From Kudoa neothunni (Eukaryota > Animalia > Cnidaria), in assembly GCA_964304625.1 (NCBI GenBank), contig OZ199840.1:4378490-4442489 (forward strand): a stretch of 64,000 nt of DNA, read 5' to 3'. Positions 27,534-40,299 of the stretch are shown piece by piece; positions within the stretch are counted from its first letter, which is position 1, and the number at the start of each line of letters is the position of its first letter. A program made the translations under genes and the position numbers. The notes under the pieces were generated by a model. The model did no database searches, was not told where the DNA came from, and saw only the letters and a program-made list of their open reading frames with translations.

Positions 27534-28247
27534 CAGTAATGGATCGGTCGTACGTAATCCTCATGGTGATGGGGGAATTGTACGTATTACTGGTCTCGGC
27601 TGGATAGTACGTACTTTTTGAGCAAACGCACAAAAAAATAATTAATCATAAAACTAACCATAACATCAATATTAATGAAAAGAAAATTATATTTTTTGTT
27701 TAAAATTATAATTTAGACATAAATAAACATCTGGAATATAATCAGACCTTAACTCCCACTTTTTTGAACCATGATGTTAAAAATAGTTGCCAAGCCCTTC
27801 TAAATAAAATAAGGCCATCTCTGAAAGGCTCAATTTTTTATCAATAAAATCATCATCCGTTTCTGAATTATTGGGGGATTGTCATTTCTATGAATTAGAG
27901 AGGACATCATTATAAACCATATTATTACGCATCTACAACATGTGTCTATATTTATCCTTCATTTTTCAACTAGCTATCACTTTGATGTAACTTTAAAAAC
28001 TTACTAATTGTTTAATCGTAGTAAAAAAGGAAGAAAACGCTTAATTTAATCACGCAGTCAAAGCAAAACGATTTGTACGACCGATTCTCACGTGACTTTT
28101 CATTTTTCTTCTTTTGTACTAATTATGCTCATAAATTATTTAAAGCGAGTAATAATAACATTAAATCATTTGAAATACGAGATAACTTTTAATATGTAAA
28201 ACAACTAATGTACGTACGACCGGTCCATTACTCATTACTCATTATTG
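27534..28247. mobile_element. TA-flanked MITE
   Basis: TIR AGTAATGGA(T/C)CGGTCGTACGTA at 27535 and 28211-28232; the right end has a CATTACT stutter. Confidence 0.85.
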
Positions 28248-28739
28248 TACTGTAGTGTTTATAGCTGTTTGTAGGAAAAAAGCGTATTAATAGTTAGTTT
28301 AGTTCAAGTGGGAATAATCCAAACGATAAAAGTTGATCATCATAAGTCTTAGCTTAGCTTAGCGATATTGATTTTACAATTTTTGATGTTCACTTAACAA
28401 ATTCTTCAAAAGGGGAAATTTAAAATTTTTTTTATTTAATCCTTTCGTCTATGGATTTTAACATTTTTCTGTAGTTTTAGAATGCATTTCAATGCGGAAT
28501 ATACCAAAGTCCAGGAGAAGCTGTAAGTCTGTTTTAGTACAAACAAACCTATCTATTATATATAATAAAGTTACCAGATTAACTCTTTGTTTGCAAGGTA
28601 AAACCTCTGGCTCACTTTATTTGATAAGTTGTGGAGTTATGCTAAGTTAAACCACCCCCATTAGCGTTGTAAGCATCGCAAGACGAGTAAGTCTATCCCT
28701 CTTTATCTTTCTATGGTAATGTGGGAGTTTAACCCCTTA

Positions 28740-29110
28740 AATATCCTCGTTTGTAGAGCAACCACCATCCGAAACCCTCTCCATAAATCCATAAGGACTT
28801 GAGTTCTACAGAGATCTCAATCCCATTGATGCATTCCCGACGATTCAAACATCTAATTCAACCTCCTCTGCTAGATCAAACTATAACTGCATACGAAATT
28901 ACAGTTATAACTTTAATGCAATTGCACTCTAACAACAGCTCCGATCACGAGACAGAGACACACTCGTACGATAATTGTAGTCTGATCAACAGCAGGTTTT
29001 GACTCCAGTCACCACACCGCTTAGCTATCCGTTATCGGCAATTGCGGGTGTGTCACAAACAACATTGAGAGTGAATTCCAGCTACAGCTTCTATTACATA
29101 ATGAATTAGG
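28740..29110 (+). mobile_element. Possible restriction-like endonuclease remnant of an R2/NeSL-group non-LTR element
   Basis: AYEITV ... VIGNCGCV spacing resembles the RLE C-terminus; degraded. Confidence 0.3.
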
Positions 29111-29808
29111 TCGCAAAACGCAGAAGCAGTAACCTCATAAGGATAGTGGCTTGAACATTAAGCCTTCAAAGTCGAAATAGATGGCTAGACACCGTCTTAT
29201 CTGTCCATTATTACTATCAGGAAAGCACGATTTTCCATTATTTTGAGGTAAATTTTATTCCTCTCCTTGGTTTCGAAACTTAATGCTTATATCGCTCTGG
29301 CTCGTTTCTATTAAATTATTTAACATCTTCTGAGTTGTGTTCTTTCGGTCCCCTACTCAAATTTAAATAATTATCATCAATTATAACATATTGACAATTT
29401 TATTTGAGAGTTAAAAGAACTTTTTTTTCATTCAAATTAACATGATAAATTAATCCAATCATTTTAAATTCATATTTAGAGTGCAACGACTCTACACAAC
29501 GCATCTCCCTTTCCTATAAACAGTGCACCACACAAAACAAATTAATTTAGCAGAAATCTAACGCTCCAACAATAAATAGATAAATAGATAAATAGGAAAT
29601 AAAAATATTAAAGTTGCTAATTTTTGTAGTGAAGTAATTATCAATGTAAAATATTTAGAAATATTATAGTCGTCTTATAAATTGTTGTGTTATAGTATTG
29701 CCAACTAAAAAATATTAATCAAAAATCTCGTAAGAGCGAGACAAATAACGCATCAACAAACAACAATGAAAGATAGACAAGTTGTTTCTATTGTTTTAGT
29801 GAACCAGC

Positions 29809-31397
29809 TCAACATCTTTTATTGCCTTTTTTCCCGCGATGAATATGACTGGAGGTAGCATTGCATGGTTTGTTTTTTCCCACATTTGCTCCGGGTCCCG
29901 CCACATTGAACGTTTTTAGATGGTTAGAGAGATCAACAACATCCTCATCCTCGTCATATCCTAGAATATCAGCATCCGCTTCCAACTCGTCGGACATAGA
30001 GTCACATTCCTACGCAGAGCAAGTCAATACCAACCAACTCAATGAAAGTGAATAGCTAACCGAAAGATTCATGTCACAGCCGACAGGACCAACGAAAAAG
30101 TGTAACGACTAAAAAGAATAAACACAACGACTAACTGTAACTGGGATACTCTTCGAATAACCACATTAGCAATCCACTCACCAAGAAGATAATCCAAGTC
30201 TGGGCATTGACCGAGAACTCCAGCTTCAAATTGACCATCTTTTTTTACAGGGTTATCAAAAAAATTGAAAAAAGATTCTTTTTTCATTTGTTTTGTGACA
30301 GTTCTCACTTTCTGTGTTCCTACATCAATAAATCAATCAACCATGTGGCACAGTATGATAAAAGTACTTTTATGACGTTGGGTTTTGACCACCTTTTCTA
30401 CTGTGACATTTCTTCCCTCGTTCCAATCGATGGTACAACTAGATAAAATTCAATATGAAAAATAACAAACACACACAATCCTACCCAACAGTATCGTAAC
30501 AGTATGGAGCACCTCTTCCATCAAGAGCGTCTTTCAGTTGCACATCGAACGTCAACTTGAAATATTTGTACAACACCTAGATAAATCAATCAATCACTTC
30601 AATTCCAGGGAGGAATGTGGGCTGTAGTAGATTACAGTGTTTGTGAAATGTGGGTTCTTTTTGAACTCGAATTCAATAACCATCCCCTAAATCGATCATC
30701 TTATTGTAAAAGTGGGAATCTATCCAACTCACAATGTCTTTAAAATCAGGATATATTGGCGAAAAAGAGTCATCAGTAATGGTGATAGATCTCACATCGG
30801 TTATGTAATTAAGTACAGGTTCATCTTCTTCCTAGAATAGTGTAAGATGAAGCGTTTAAATAGATAGAAAAATTGATGCAGCTTATCGTAATAAATTGAT
30901 CACCATAATAAATTCGGCAACATCCTGACAGTTTAATAGACATTCTGCCCAGTAAACCACGTCATCTAATCACACATATTACACTCGTAGAAAAAAAAAC
31001 CAATTTATCATCTACCTTTGTCATCGATGTTGGCCACAATTTTCTTGATCTATATATCGTCATTAGATTCAAGATTGATCCAATAAGTAAATTTTAATAC
31101 TTCTTCAGCAGATTTATCAAATATTGTGTCATATTTCTTTCTTAATTGCCAAATCTCACGCTCAAAATCATTTTCCACTTTCATTCTTTCTTCCTATTTA
31201 TCGAAAAAGTTTGATAACCAATCACATCGACATATCCATACAAAAATTGCCACCAAAGGATTAACATGTTCTGGTAAATTATCAAGAATATTCACATCCT
31301 CAGTTCTAAAACTACTGTGACGAATTCAATTGATAATCGTCTAATACAGTTCAAAATCTGTATTGTTCGACAGAGGATCACCAGAATTACTATCCAT
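29809..31397 (-). CDS. NAP1: Nucleosome assembly protein (NAP1 family), many short introns
   Basis: LDNLPEHV, FEREIWQLRKKYD, EEDEPVLNYITDV, IEFEFKKNPHFTNTV, RTVTKQMKKESFFNFFD, DYLLGEWIANVVI, acidic tail. Confidence 0.93.
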
Positions 31398-31408
31398 TAT
31401 TTATTCAA

Positions 31409-31418
31409 GCGCATGCGA
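31409..31418. promoter_or_regulatory. GCGCATGCGA (NRF1/EWG-like) motif upstream of NAP1
   Basis: About 12 nt from ATG 31397. Confidence 0.55.
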
Positions 31419-31863
31419 CACATGTACGCTTAGGTGCCAGTTTCGAATAAAACCATCTTTGAACGAGACTTTCCGCGTGTCAGCAACCTGTACTTAATTT
31501 CTCATTTAATGAGCGTACATTCAAACGATTTTAGGCTTTTTTTCAAGGGACTATAAAGCTAATTACACACTCATATTAAGCTATTTATTTTGCATGGTAA
31601 TTAAAAAATATGTTAAAAAATGATTGTTTTGCAGTATTATTGGTCTATTAAATAAAGTCAATTGTATAATTTAATCGAATGGTATTCAATCTAATTAAAA
31701 ATTATCACAATAATGATGTTTGTGTGATAACAAAATTAAGATAGTCAATTCCACATAGTAACAAAATAATCCCACCACGTTGCTGAGGGATCAAAATAGG
31801 TGTGCAGTTTCTGTACACGTTAAAGTTAACTCAATAATATTCTAGTAGTTGTGATGTATTTTT

Positions 31864-31888
31864 TCCAATCCAATCCAATCCAATCCAA
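31864..31888. repeat. (TCCAA)5 microsatellite
   Basis: Direct reading. Confidence 0.9.
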
Positions 31889-32452
31889 AATTAAATTAAT
31901 TTTTTGAATAAAACAAAATTAAAAAAGATGTCTATTTGTGTACATCAATTCAATCCTCTGTGTCTATAGAACGAGTATGGCATTTATAACAGATTCTAAA
32001 CATAAAAATTTACTTGCTAATTATACTTAAAATTGGGGGGGGGGGAGATTCAAATACTATTAGTGCTTGCAATTATGAGTTTTTGGTTAAAATGTAGAAT
32101 AATAGCCGTAGTCCAAAACAGCGACTGTGATAAAAATCGATCTTGTCGATTATCTGAATATTTTTTATTAATCACTGTTTCGTCACCAGCAGGCTATTTT
32201 CGGCATTATATTTGTTTTCAATATTAGTTGATGTAATAAATTTTTGAAATAATTGTTAACTCCTCGCAGTTATTTCAACAGGCCGTGTCGTATAATCGAG
32301 CGATAAAGCATACTTTATCTCGCGTAAAATTTGAATGTAACAACTATGATTTTTTATCGATTATCGTATTTCATCCTCAGCTATTGCTAATTATTAACTT
32401 CATGCCTGTAAGAATAGGTTTTCCATATTTTATACCAGCATTAATTGATTAA

Positions 32453-33657
32453 CTCTCCGAAAACTTTGGGGTCAAATTGACCCTAAAGTATAATTAAAAC
32501 CAACATTACTATTAGTGTACTCTTTAAAATTTCTCTATTTTCCAAAATCTTTTTACAGTATATAATAATAATATGAAAATAATTTTGATATCATTCGGAT
32601 TTTTAGGGTCAAATTGACCCCAAGTTTTTATTTTACGACAATACTATAAAAATATTTTAAAAAATAAAAAAGTGATGTTTTAGGAATTCTATCGAGTCAT
32701 TCTTTGGTAAAATGGTGATTAATATATCATTTAATCTGTGTTAATACCTTACTAATAATCTCGGATCCTGTTCGCAAATGATCGTACGAAGAATATTACA
32801 TCGCGTTCATTGTTTTGGTTGATAAGTTGACGATTATATGCCCCTCACGCAACAAAAAGATTGTATAAATTTTTAAAAATTTGAACAATTCTTACATTTC
32901 TCCGATGAATGAACTGAGCAATAGTGTTTATTGCATTATGAGCATGTGGTTTGAGTTTGTTTTATCAATTCCTCGAGGAAAATAGAAAATATTCAATATT
33001 CACATCGACGTCTTTTGGCTATTCGTAAACTGTTAGTCTATGTCCCTAGATCTAGATAGGGTGATTTTGCTCTGTCAATTTTCCTTTTCTGTAGATTTCG
33101 GCCCATGCATAAGAGGTTGATAGAGAACTTGTGCGATTTCCTTTAAAAATATTTTAGTTTCGTCCTTTCGATGGATTAACTGAAATGAGTGTATAAGTGT
33201 ATTTTTTAAATGATTTTAAAGGGATTCTTCAACTCATAATATTTGTGTAACCTGACAAAGGCGGGGTTTCGCGCTAGATTAAGATAAAAAACCCAACTGA
33301 AAAAATATTACGGTCTACGTGAAAATGAATAATAATTGTTATTTTCGGTTGTGTATTAAATTATTGTTTATCGAAAATTGAAATAATATTTTTCTTGAAA
33401 AAGACCACAAATTATTATTTTAAACAATAAACCAGCTATTAAACAGTGGCTTACATTCTACGAAAAATTACGTAAAAGATTTAACAGGATTAATTGTTAT
33501 ATTTCACATTGTTTTACTGAAAAACTAGTTGACAGAATCGAAAACACCAGAAAATTGAATAGATAACAATTTTTAGAATTAGTTTATCAAATAATAATCT
33601 GAGGTTAAAATGACCCCAAAAGACCTCCCAAGATTTTTTATTAGCGACTTTTGAAGG
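32453..33657 (-). mobile_element. Non-autonomous piggyBac derivative
   Basis: TTAA at 32449-32452 and 33658-33661; GGGTCAAATTGACCC palindromes near the left end and TGACCCCAAAAG near the right; minus-strand transposase C-terminal remnant (IFLKEIAQVL). Confidence 0.75.
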
Positions 33658-33917
33658 TTAATTGTATAAACTATTACCATTAAATGTTTGATACATATCA
33701 TAATGATTGATTTAAGAAATCTAGGATTAATATCCGAATAAATTATAATGGTTAATCGGAAAATACGGCCATTATTCTGCATTTTAACCAATTTAAAGGG
33801 TAAATAGAAAAAATCTAAAATATAACAAGTCTGATAATTTTGATCGATTTTTTCAATAAAAATAAGTGATAATATCTTATAATTGAGGTTTCCCGCCTCA
33901 ATTGAAATTTAATATTA

Positions 33918-34735
33918 CAATAAACTCTCAGTATTGCGTAACTTTTCGTTGGTCTTAAAAAGTTACGCAACTGCAAGAAATTGAGATAAATTGTGACACG
34001 CGCAAACAATACAAATAATTATTTTTTAAAAAATATTCGTTAATTTCGCAGGGTTTTTCGATTTTTTGACTCTGTGGTATAATGATAGGTTATAAGGATT
34101 TTAACTAAAATAAAAATATGCGCAGTCAGCAGAAGAACGGGATGGTATCACCGCCCTCAACAAGCCTAGACAATATGGCATAGTGGTGTTAGGTGTGGCT
34201 CGCATACAGTAGGGGTTGCAAGTTCGAGACCTAGTCCGAGAATTTCTATACTCCTAATACGAAGTTGAGAATGAAGCCTGGAGGAAAGGTAGATCTCGGA
34301 CGCTCATAAATGCTGGGGTACAAGAATGAAATAAACCCCAATAGAGGGTTTCCGCAGAGCTGACGCCCGCATTCAGACGATTTTCTCGGAACAAGTCTGG
34401 GTCAGTCCAGATATGGTTTTTGCTCCAAAATGAGGATGTTTAGTGTGTTAAGATCTCACACTAACACATAGACGTAAGTCGCCTTAATATGACGTCGCGA
34501 TGTCTACAGCATAAATGAGGAAAGCCTAACGAGCTTGAACTTCACGACCTAACAAGTTTCGCCAGGATATGACCTTTAAAAAAAAAACCGCCCTCAAGCT
34601 ATGGCTCGAGGGTTCGAACTCTATCTGCGACTATATTTTAGATTATAATTTTTGTTTCTTCTGATTTTATCTTCAATATTTCCCTGAAAACAAATCGTTT
34701 TTGGTTGTTGTTATGAATTATTTTGAGGATTAAAT
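33918..34735 (+). mobile_element. Left portion of a pogo/Tigger-type element (TA|CAATAAACTCTC...) with an internal tRNA-like module, interrupted by a SINE
   Basis: Colinear with 59996-60368 and with about 40300-40400; the terminus matches the inverted end at 41921-41944 at 19/24 positions. Confidence 0.75.
34161..34586 (+). mobile_element. tRNA-derived SINE, full length
   Basis: A box TGGCATAGTGG, B box AGTTCGAGACC, GACCTTT plus poly(A) tail, 11-bp TSD ACCGCCCTCAA (34150-34160 and 34587-34597); the empty site is visible in the 60.2-kb copy. Confidence 0.92.
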
Positions 34736-35847
34736 TGAAAAATTTTAGTTACACACTAGCAGGAATATCAATTTTTCTTTCTTTTCCAATATACTATAGC
34801 TTATATAAAATTAAACAATTAAAAATGGGTTCGGACTTCGTATATTGTTATTTTTTACCGATGACATTATTAAAAACTATGCCAAAATATACCGAATGGC
34901 GCAATACCGAGATTTTATTGAATATTAAAATTATAGTTATCAAACAAAACGTTTTCAGTTATACCTTTTAATGAATATTTTAGACAATAAATAAACCTTT
35001 CTTACTTACTTATGGATTCTCTTCTTGCTATAATTTTTCTTGTTTTGCCTACAAAATTCAATGTGAAATTTAGTTTATCCTATAAAAGAAATGCAAATCT
35101 TATTCGGAGTCAGGAATTGTTGTCATAGATTATACCTTGATGCACAAACGTAATTCTGTTCTAACGAAATATCATAGATATTAATTTTTTGAAACATTGT
35201 TGTCTAAAATGAGAATATAGATCATCCATTAATTTTCTGAGTATCTATTTTAATTATTGACACTGTGCTTCTCAACTATCAATGATGGTTGAAGTTAAGT
35301 AGTTACTTAGATAAATAGTGTATTCAGTAACCATCAAGCCATGCCTAATGTTCACCAATTAAACCGGATATTAATTCTTACAGTTAAATTAATTATTGAT
35401 TACAACATGTTATACTACTTTTTCAATTATTAATAAAATTAGATATTTATGTATGGTAATTTTAATGGTAATTGTACCATTCATTGTTCGGATAAAATCA
35501 ATGCGGTTTTAGCGCTGTTTAATTTATTTCGATATAAATATAAATTTGTTGAGTAATTTCTTTTACTTTTTATCTTTAAAATAACATTAATTTAGAATAT
35601 TTTAGAATATATTTTGCTATGTGGAATAATTGATTTGTAATATAAACAATTTTACCTAATGAATACACTTATAATATTCCTATGAAAATTGATATGGTAC
35701 AAATCAATATATCAGAAAATAATTATCGTTATTAACTATTTTTATATTTCTTAATTCAATTTCCCCTTCACCCGAAAAGCTTGGATCATAATATGCCATT
35801 CATAAGCTCGAATTTAATCATTGATTACTATAATACTATTTATCACG

Positions 35848-38800
35848 ATGAAGGTTCAACTGCTGTTCTGTTTTTCTAGTATTAAATTACTTTTATATTA
35901 TTTATTTAATCAATATTAGTCTTTATTAAAGTATTATTTGCAAATGCAAGACAGACACATCCAGTAGCACCTGCGCCAGAGGCTACATTAACGTACCAGA
36001 TTGATTTTGAAGAAAATACCAAAAAATATACTTTTAAACATAAACTTGGGGGCACAAAGTATGTAGCTGGAAAAAAGTGCCGTATAATGATATCAAATGA
36101 GGCAGCAACAATTGTCACATCATCGGTCGCAGCTGCTTTCGTGGAAATCGCAAGTTGCCCTGGGCATGATGATACAAGTCAAACGACTGAATGTATCATC
36201 GCTTGTAATAGTGAAAATAGTAAAGTAGGGTACAATAAACTTTCACCGAGGACAAAATACATATACGTAAAAGATGGGGCAGAGACAACTAATGTTCTAG
36301 GAAACAATCATAAACAAGGTGGAAAAGTGTTTGGGTTGGCAACACGTAATGGGATAGAAATAATGTTAATTTATTAATGCATAAAATTTTAGCATTGATA
36401 GTAAATCCACAAGCAACAATATCTATTGATAATGATAAGCTAAAACTCTCAGCAAAAACTTGTACTCCAGTTAATTGCCCTATCTTTTACAATGATGCAA
36501 AATTTAATGAGGGTGCGAAGGTTGCAGAATGCGACACGGATAACACAGCTGGAGCTTTGGAATTTGACTTATTGATTCCTCATTATGAGATGAGGTGTGA
36601 GAATTATCCCAGCTTCTTTTACCATATGCCAAATACATATATGAAGACCAACATGGAAATTTATAAACCTCAATATTACGTTACCAAAAAGACAGGAGAT
36701 AATAATAAGTTATTAATTAAATTCACCAGTTCAATGCTATCATCGGAAATATGTGTGTTCAGTATTAAAGATGGACAAACTGCAGGCAATGATCAACAAT
36801 TTGAGTCCAAATGTGGAAATACAGCAGGAAAATGTTACGCACTTTGCAAAGACACTGAACTTACGGTAACTGAAGCAAAAGAAATCTACAAGGTCCTAAT
36901 TCAAACCAGAAATCATGACCTCACAAAAACTGCTGCTGATTTAGAGGGATTTCCTCAGAACAAATTTGGTATTTATAGCGCGAATAATATAATGTTATAA
37001 TATGTATTATTATAGCGATTGCTGAGAGTGGAGCAGGATTGCTGTCTTTATATACGAAAACTGGTGTAACTTTTGACGGGGGATTCTTAAAGACGGTTGG
37101 AACTGGAACTACTAAATTTGGTACTTGCACGCTCAAACATTATGCTGCCGACAAAATCAAAACTGCATCAACCAGTACAGAATGTACCGAGGGTACACGT
37201 GGTAATAGCGGAAACGCTTGTAAAACAGATTGTTCAAAGGTGGTGATTGAAGGACTTGCTGAGGGAAAACCGTATATTATCGAAATTGAATCTACTGGCA
37301 TCGAAAGTCCAACAGATTTTAAGGAGCAAATACTCATCTGGACGGGTATATATTTAATAATTCTAGAGTTCTTGAGTTAATAATTATTAAAGAAAAAATA
37401 AGCGATGAAAAAACTTTCCAAACAACAACATCCGCTAAAACGGAGTCAACAACCACTCTAACAGCTATTGGAGGACAAGGCGAAAATGATAAGAAAAATG
37501 AACCCAACTGTGAGTATTACATAAGTCCAACAGGAAAAAATACATTTTACGCTGCTACATGCACTGAAACAAACCCTTGTAGAGGAAGATGCAGAGAGTC
37601 AATAACCATTATTGACCTTGAGCCAAATACTTCCTATGATATTAAAGTTGTTGCTGACAAAGAATACAAAGAGCATGTTTATAAAAATGTTTCAACAAGT
37701 ATACTTCTCATGGAAATAATATATTATTTTTGATTAGATTTGGCAATCCTTACAATAACTCCAAAATATACCCAACAAGGTTTGGAGTTAAATGCACAAT
37801 TATCAAAAAAAGTTCCAGAAGCCATTTGTCATTATACAATTCAAGTCAAGAAAGCCGGCCAGTTCGAAAATGTTTATACATGCGAGAGGCCCGAGACCTC
37901 AGCAGTTGCCCCAACAGTCCCAGAGACTCTACCAAACACACCAACTGGATCCGAACCTAGCATCAATCCAGCAAGAATGAGTGTCATTCCATCTCATAAC
38001 CAACAAATGGAAAAAACAGGTTTAAAGCCTGCAAGAGCTGAGGTAACTCCAACTGATGACGCAGAAACAACAACTACTACTCCTGCTACCACAGCCGCCA
38101 CGGTGGAAATTCCTCAAAGTTCGGACATATGCACGTCATTTCCATTATGCAGTTCGATTGTATTCAATGATTATGATGCAAAAGAAGAATATAAGGTATT
38201 GGTTACTGCAGTTGGAAAATCTTCACCCAGTGAAATCACTTTAGTAGCCAGTAATTAATATTTTTTAGGATATAAGTATTAATATCATTAAATAGCTGCT
38301 CCAAAAGAAAATCCAGCAGATAGGGAAAAAACAATATTTATAACCATAACAAGGGATGGAGAAATATTCAATATAGAAAATACCCTTCCATCTAGTCTTT
38401 CTGAAAATTCGAAATGCAAATGGGAATTACGTAACTCCAGTGCCAAATCAATGGCCATAGTGAAAAAATGTATGGGTCCGAGTGACGTTGGATGCAAAAA
38501 GTTCCCAAAATGCAAATCTTTTAGAATAAGTGGGATAAAAGATGGTAATAGTTATCATTTGACTGTTTACAGCTCCAGAGATTCTTCCATTTACGGGACG
38601 ACTGTAATTGAACAAGGTATAACCTGGTTTATTTTGTAATATTGTAATTTACGAATCTTAGGTGCAAAGAGCAGCTCAAGGTTTGTTTAATTATTAAAAA
38701 ATCAGTTAATCTATTATTTAGTTCTAAAACCCTTATGATGTATGATTTGAAAAATAACACATGATTGAAATAAAATGATTTAGACTAATAGTGGTAGCGG

Positions 38801-38859
38801 TTGTTGGAGTTTTGATTGCCGGTGCAGTCGGCTTCATGATTTTCAAGAAGAAAAACTAG
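35848..38859 (+). CDS. Type-I surface protein A (about 871 aa, 10 exons) with Cys-stapled FN3-like modules
   Basis: Exons 35848-35878, 35920-36345, 36393-36968, 37016-37345, 37393-37698, 37738-38250, 38296-38616, 38662-38680, 38722-38739, 38784-38859 give one open frame. It has a signal peptide, an FN3 signature (LEPNTSYDIKVVA), and a TM followed by FKKKN*. Confidence 0.88.
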
Positions 38860-39114
38860 GGTTTACCATTTAAATAGATTCCATTATAAATTAATAAAAT
38901 ATCATAACAATATCTTCATTTAACCCAATAATATGTGATTGGTCACCTTACATCTTTATTTATTCTGAAGCCCCATTATTTTTAAATTCATATTTTTTCT
39001 AAAATACAATTTCAGAGTATAAAATTTAATGTTATCTTTAATTTCTAAACTAAATTAATTATGATCTAATAAAGTATGAAAATTTCTCCAAAAATGAATG
39101 TATTTAAAAATATT

Positions 39115-39118
<4 letters not shown>

Positions 39119-39150
<32 letters not shown>
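39119..39150. repeat. (AT)16 microsatellite
   Basis: Direct reading. Confidence 0.95.
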
Positions 39151-39153
<3 letters not shown>

Positions 39154-40299
39154 TGCATTTAAGAAAAATAAATAGGGCCGTTACACACTGTTTCCAAATT
39201 AATGAGGGTCTAGTTATATTTACGAAATTTTACTACTTGAAATAATGATACTAAAATGAAAATATTTAATATAGTTAAGAAGCAAACCGCTGTTTGCAAC
39301 AAAAATTATCCTATTGATCGCTCTACGAAAATATAGGGTTTCTTAATTGAACTCGGCATTTTTTTTGTTCTGATCAAAATTCGTGCTGACACATTAAAAT
39401 CTCTATAAACAAATATTTTTTAGGATTTTTATTTTAAAAGACGTATTCCAGCAGAAACCATGTACACTTACACTTTATGATTAAATTCATTTCGAGTACC
39501 TAGAAAAATTTTACTTACACTCTACGATAGGTCCGCTTTAAGTATTCTTATTTAAATTTTATTCTTAGAGTCTATATAACATCAAATGAGACGCTTTACG
39601 TTAATATAAAATGTAGGAAAAAAAGATCTTTTTAAAAAAATAAATGCAAAGCAAAAACATAAAAGAATATAAAAAATTGAATGTGGTTCTTTGTCACCCC
39701 AGAAAACAGGATTAGAAACAGAATTCTCTCATTCTATTAATCACATGTGGCGGAAACTAAACAAGCTCATTTGTTTCTAAGGATGAGTTTTCGCAGAGAA
39801 ATTATTCTAGAATATGACCTATAAAAATATTAAATTTAATGTTTTTTATTTCATTATTTTAAAAGGTAAGAAATTTGTTAATAATATTGTTTATTAACAA
39901 CATTTTTTTTAATCTAAGTGCTAGATGGATGATAATATTTAATTTATACAAAAATTGAATGAAAAAAAGTAATTTGTAAGCTTAAAACATTATGATAAAT
40001 CAAATATATACATAAATTTTACAATTAGTCTTAGTTGAAAATTAATATTATGGTAGCTTGAAAAGGATTTTAACGTTTAAGTATGAATTTTGGTTGGATC
40101 TAAAAATGTGCCTAGTTCAATTGAGAAACCCTATATTTTACATTAAGTCTTCCTTACTTTTTAATGCGAGAATCTATTTTAGTTTAATACCCAATCAATT
40201 GTCAAGGTAAATCAGAGCTTGTTCATTTTTGACACAAGCGAATATCAGTTTACATATATTTTTATTAATTCAGTCTGGCGCACTGGAGAATATTATTAG

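Noticed and set aside
31864-31888. Telomere-like or chromosome-breakage signal (TCCAA)5
   Set aside because: Only 25 bp with a single occurrence; consistent with an ordinary microsatellite.
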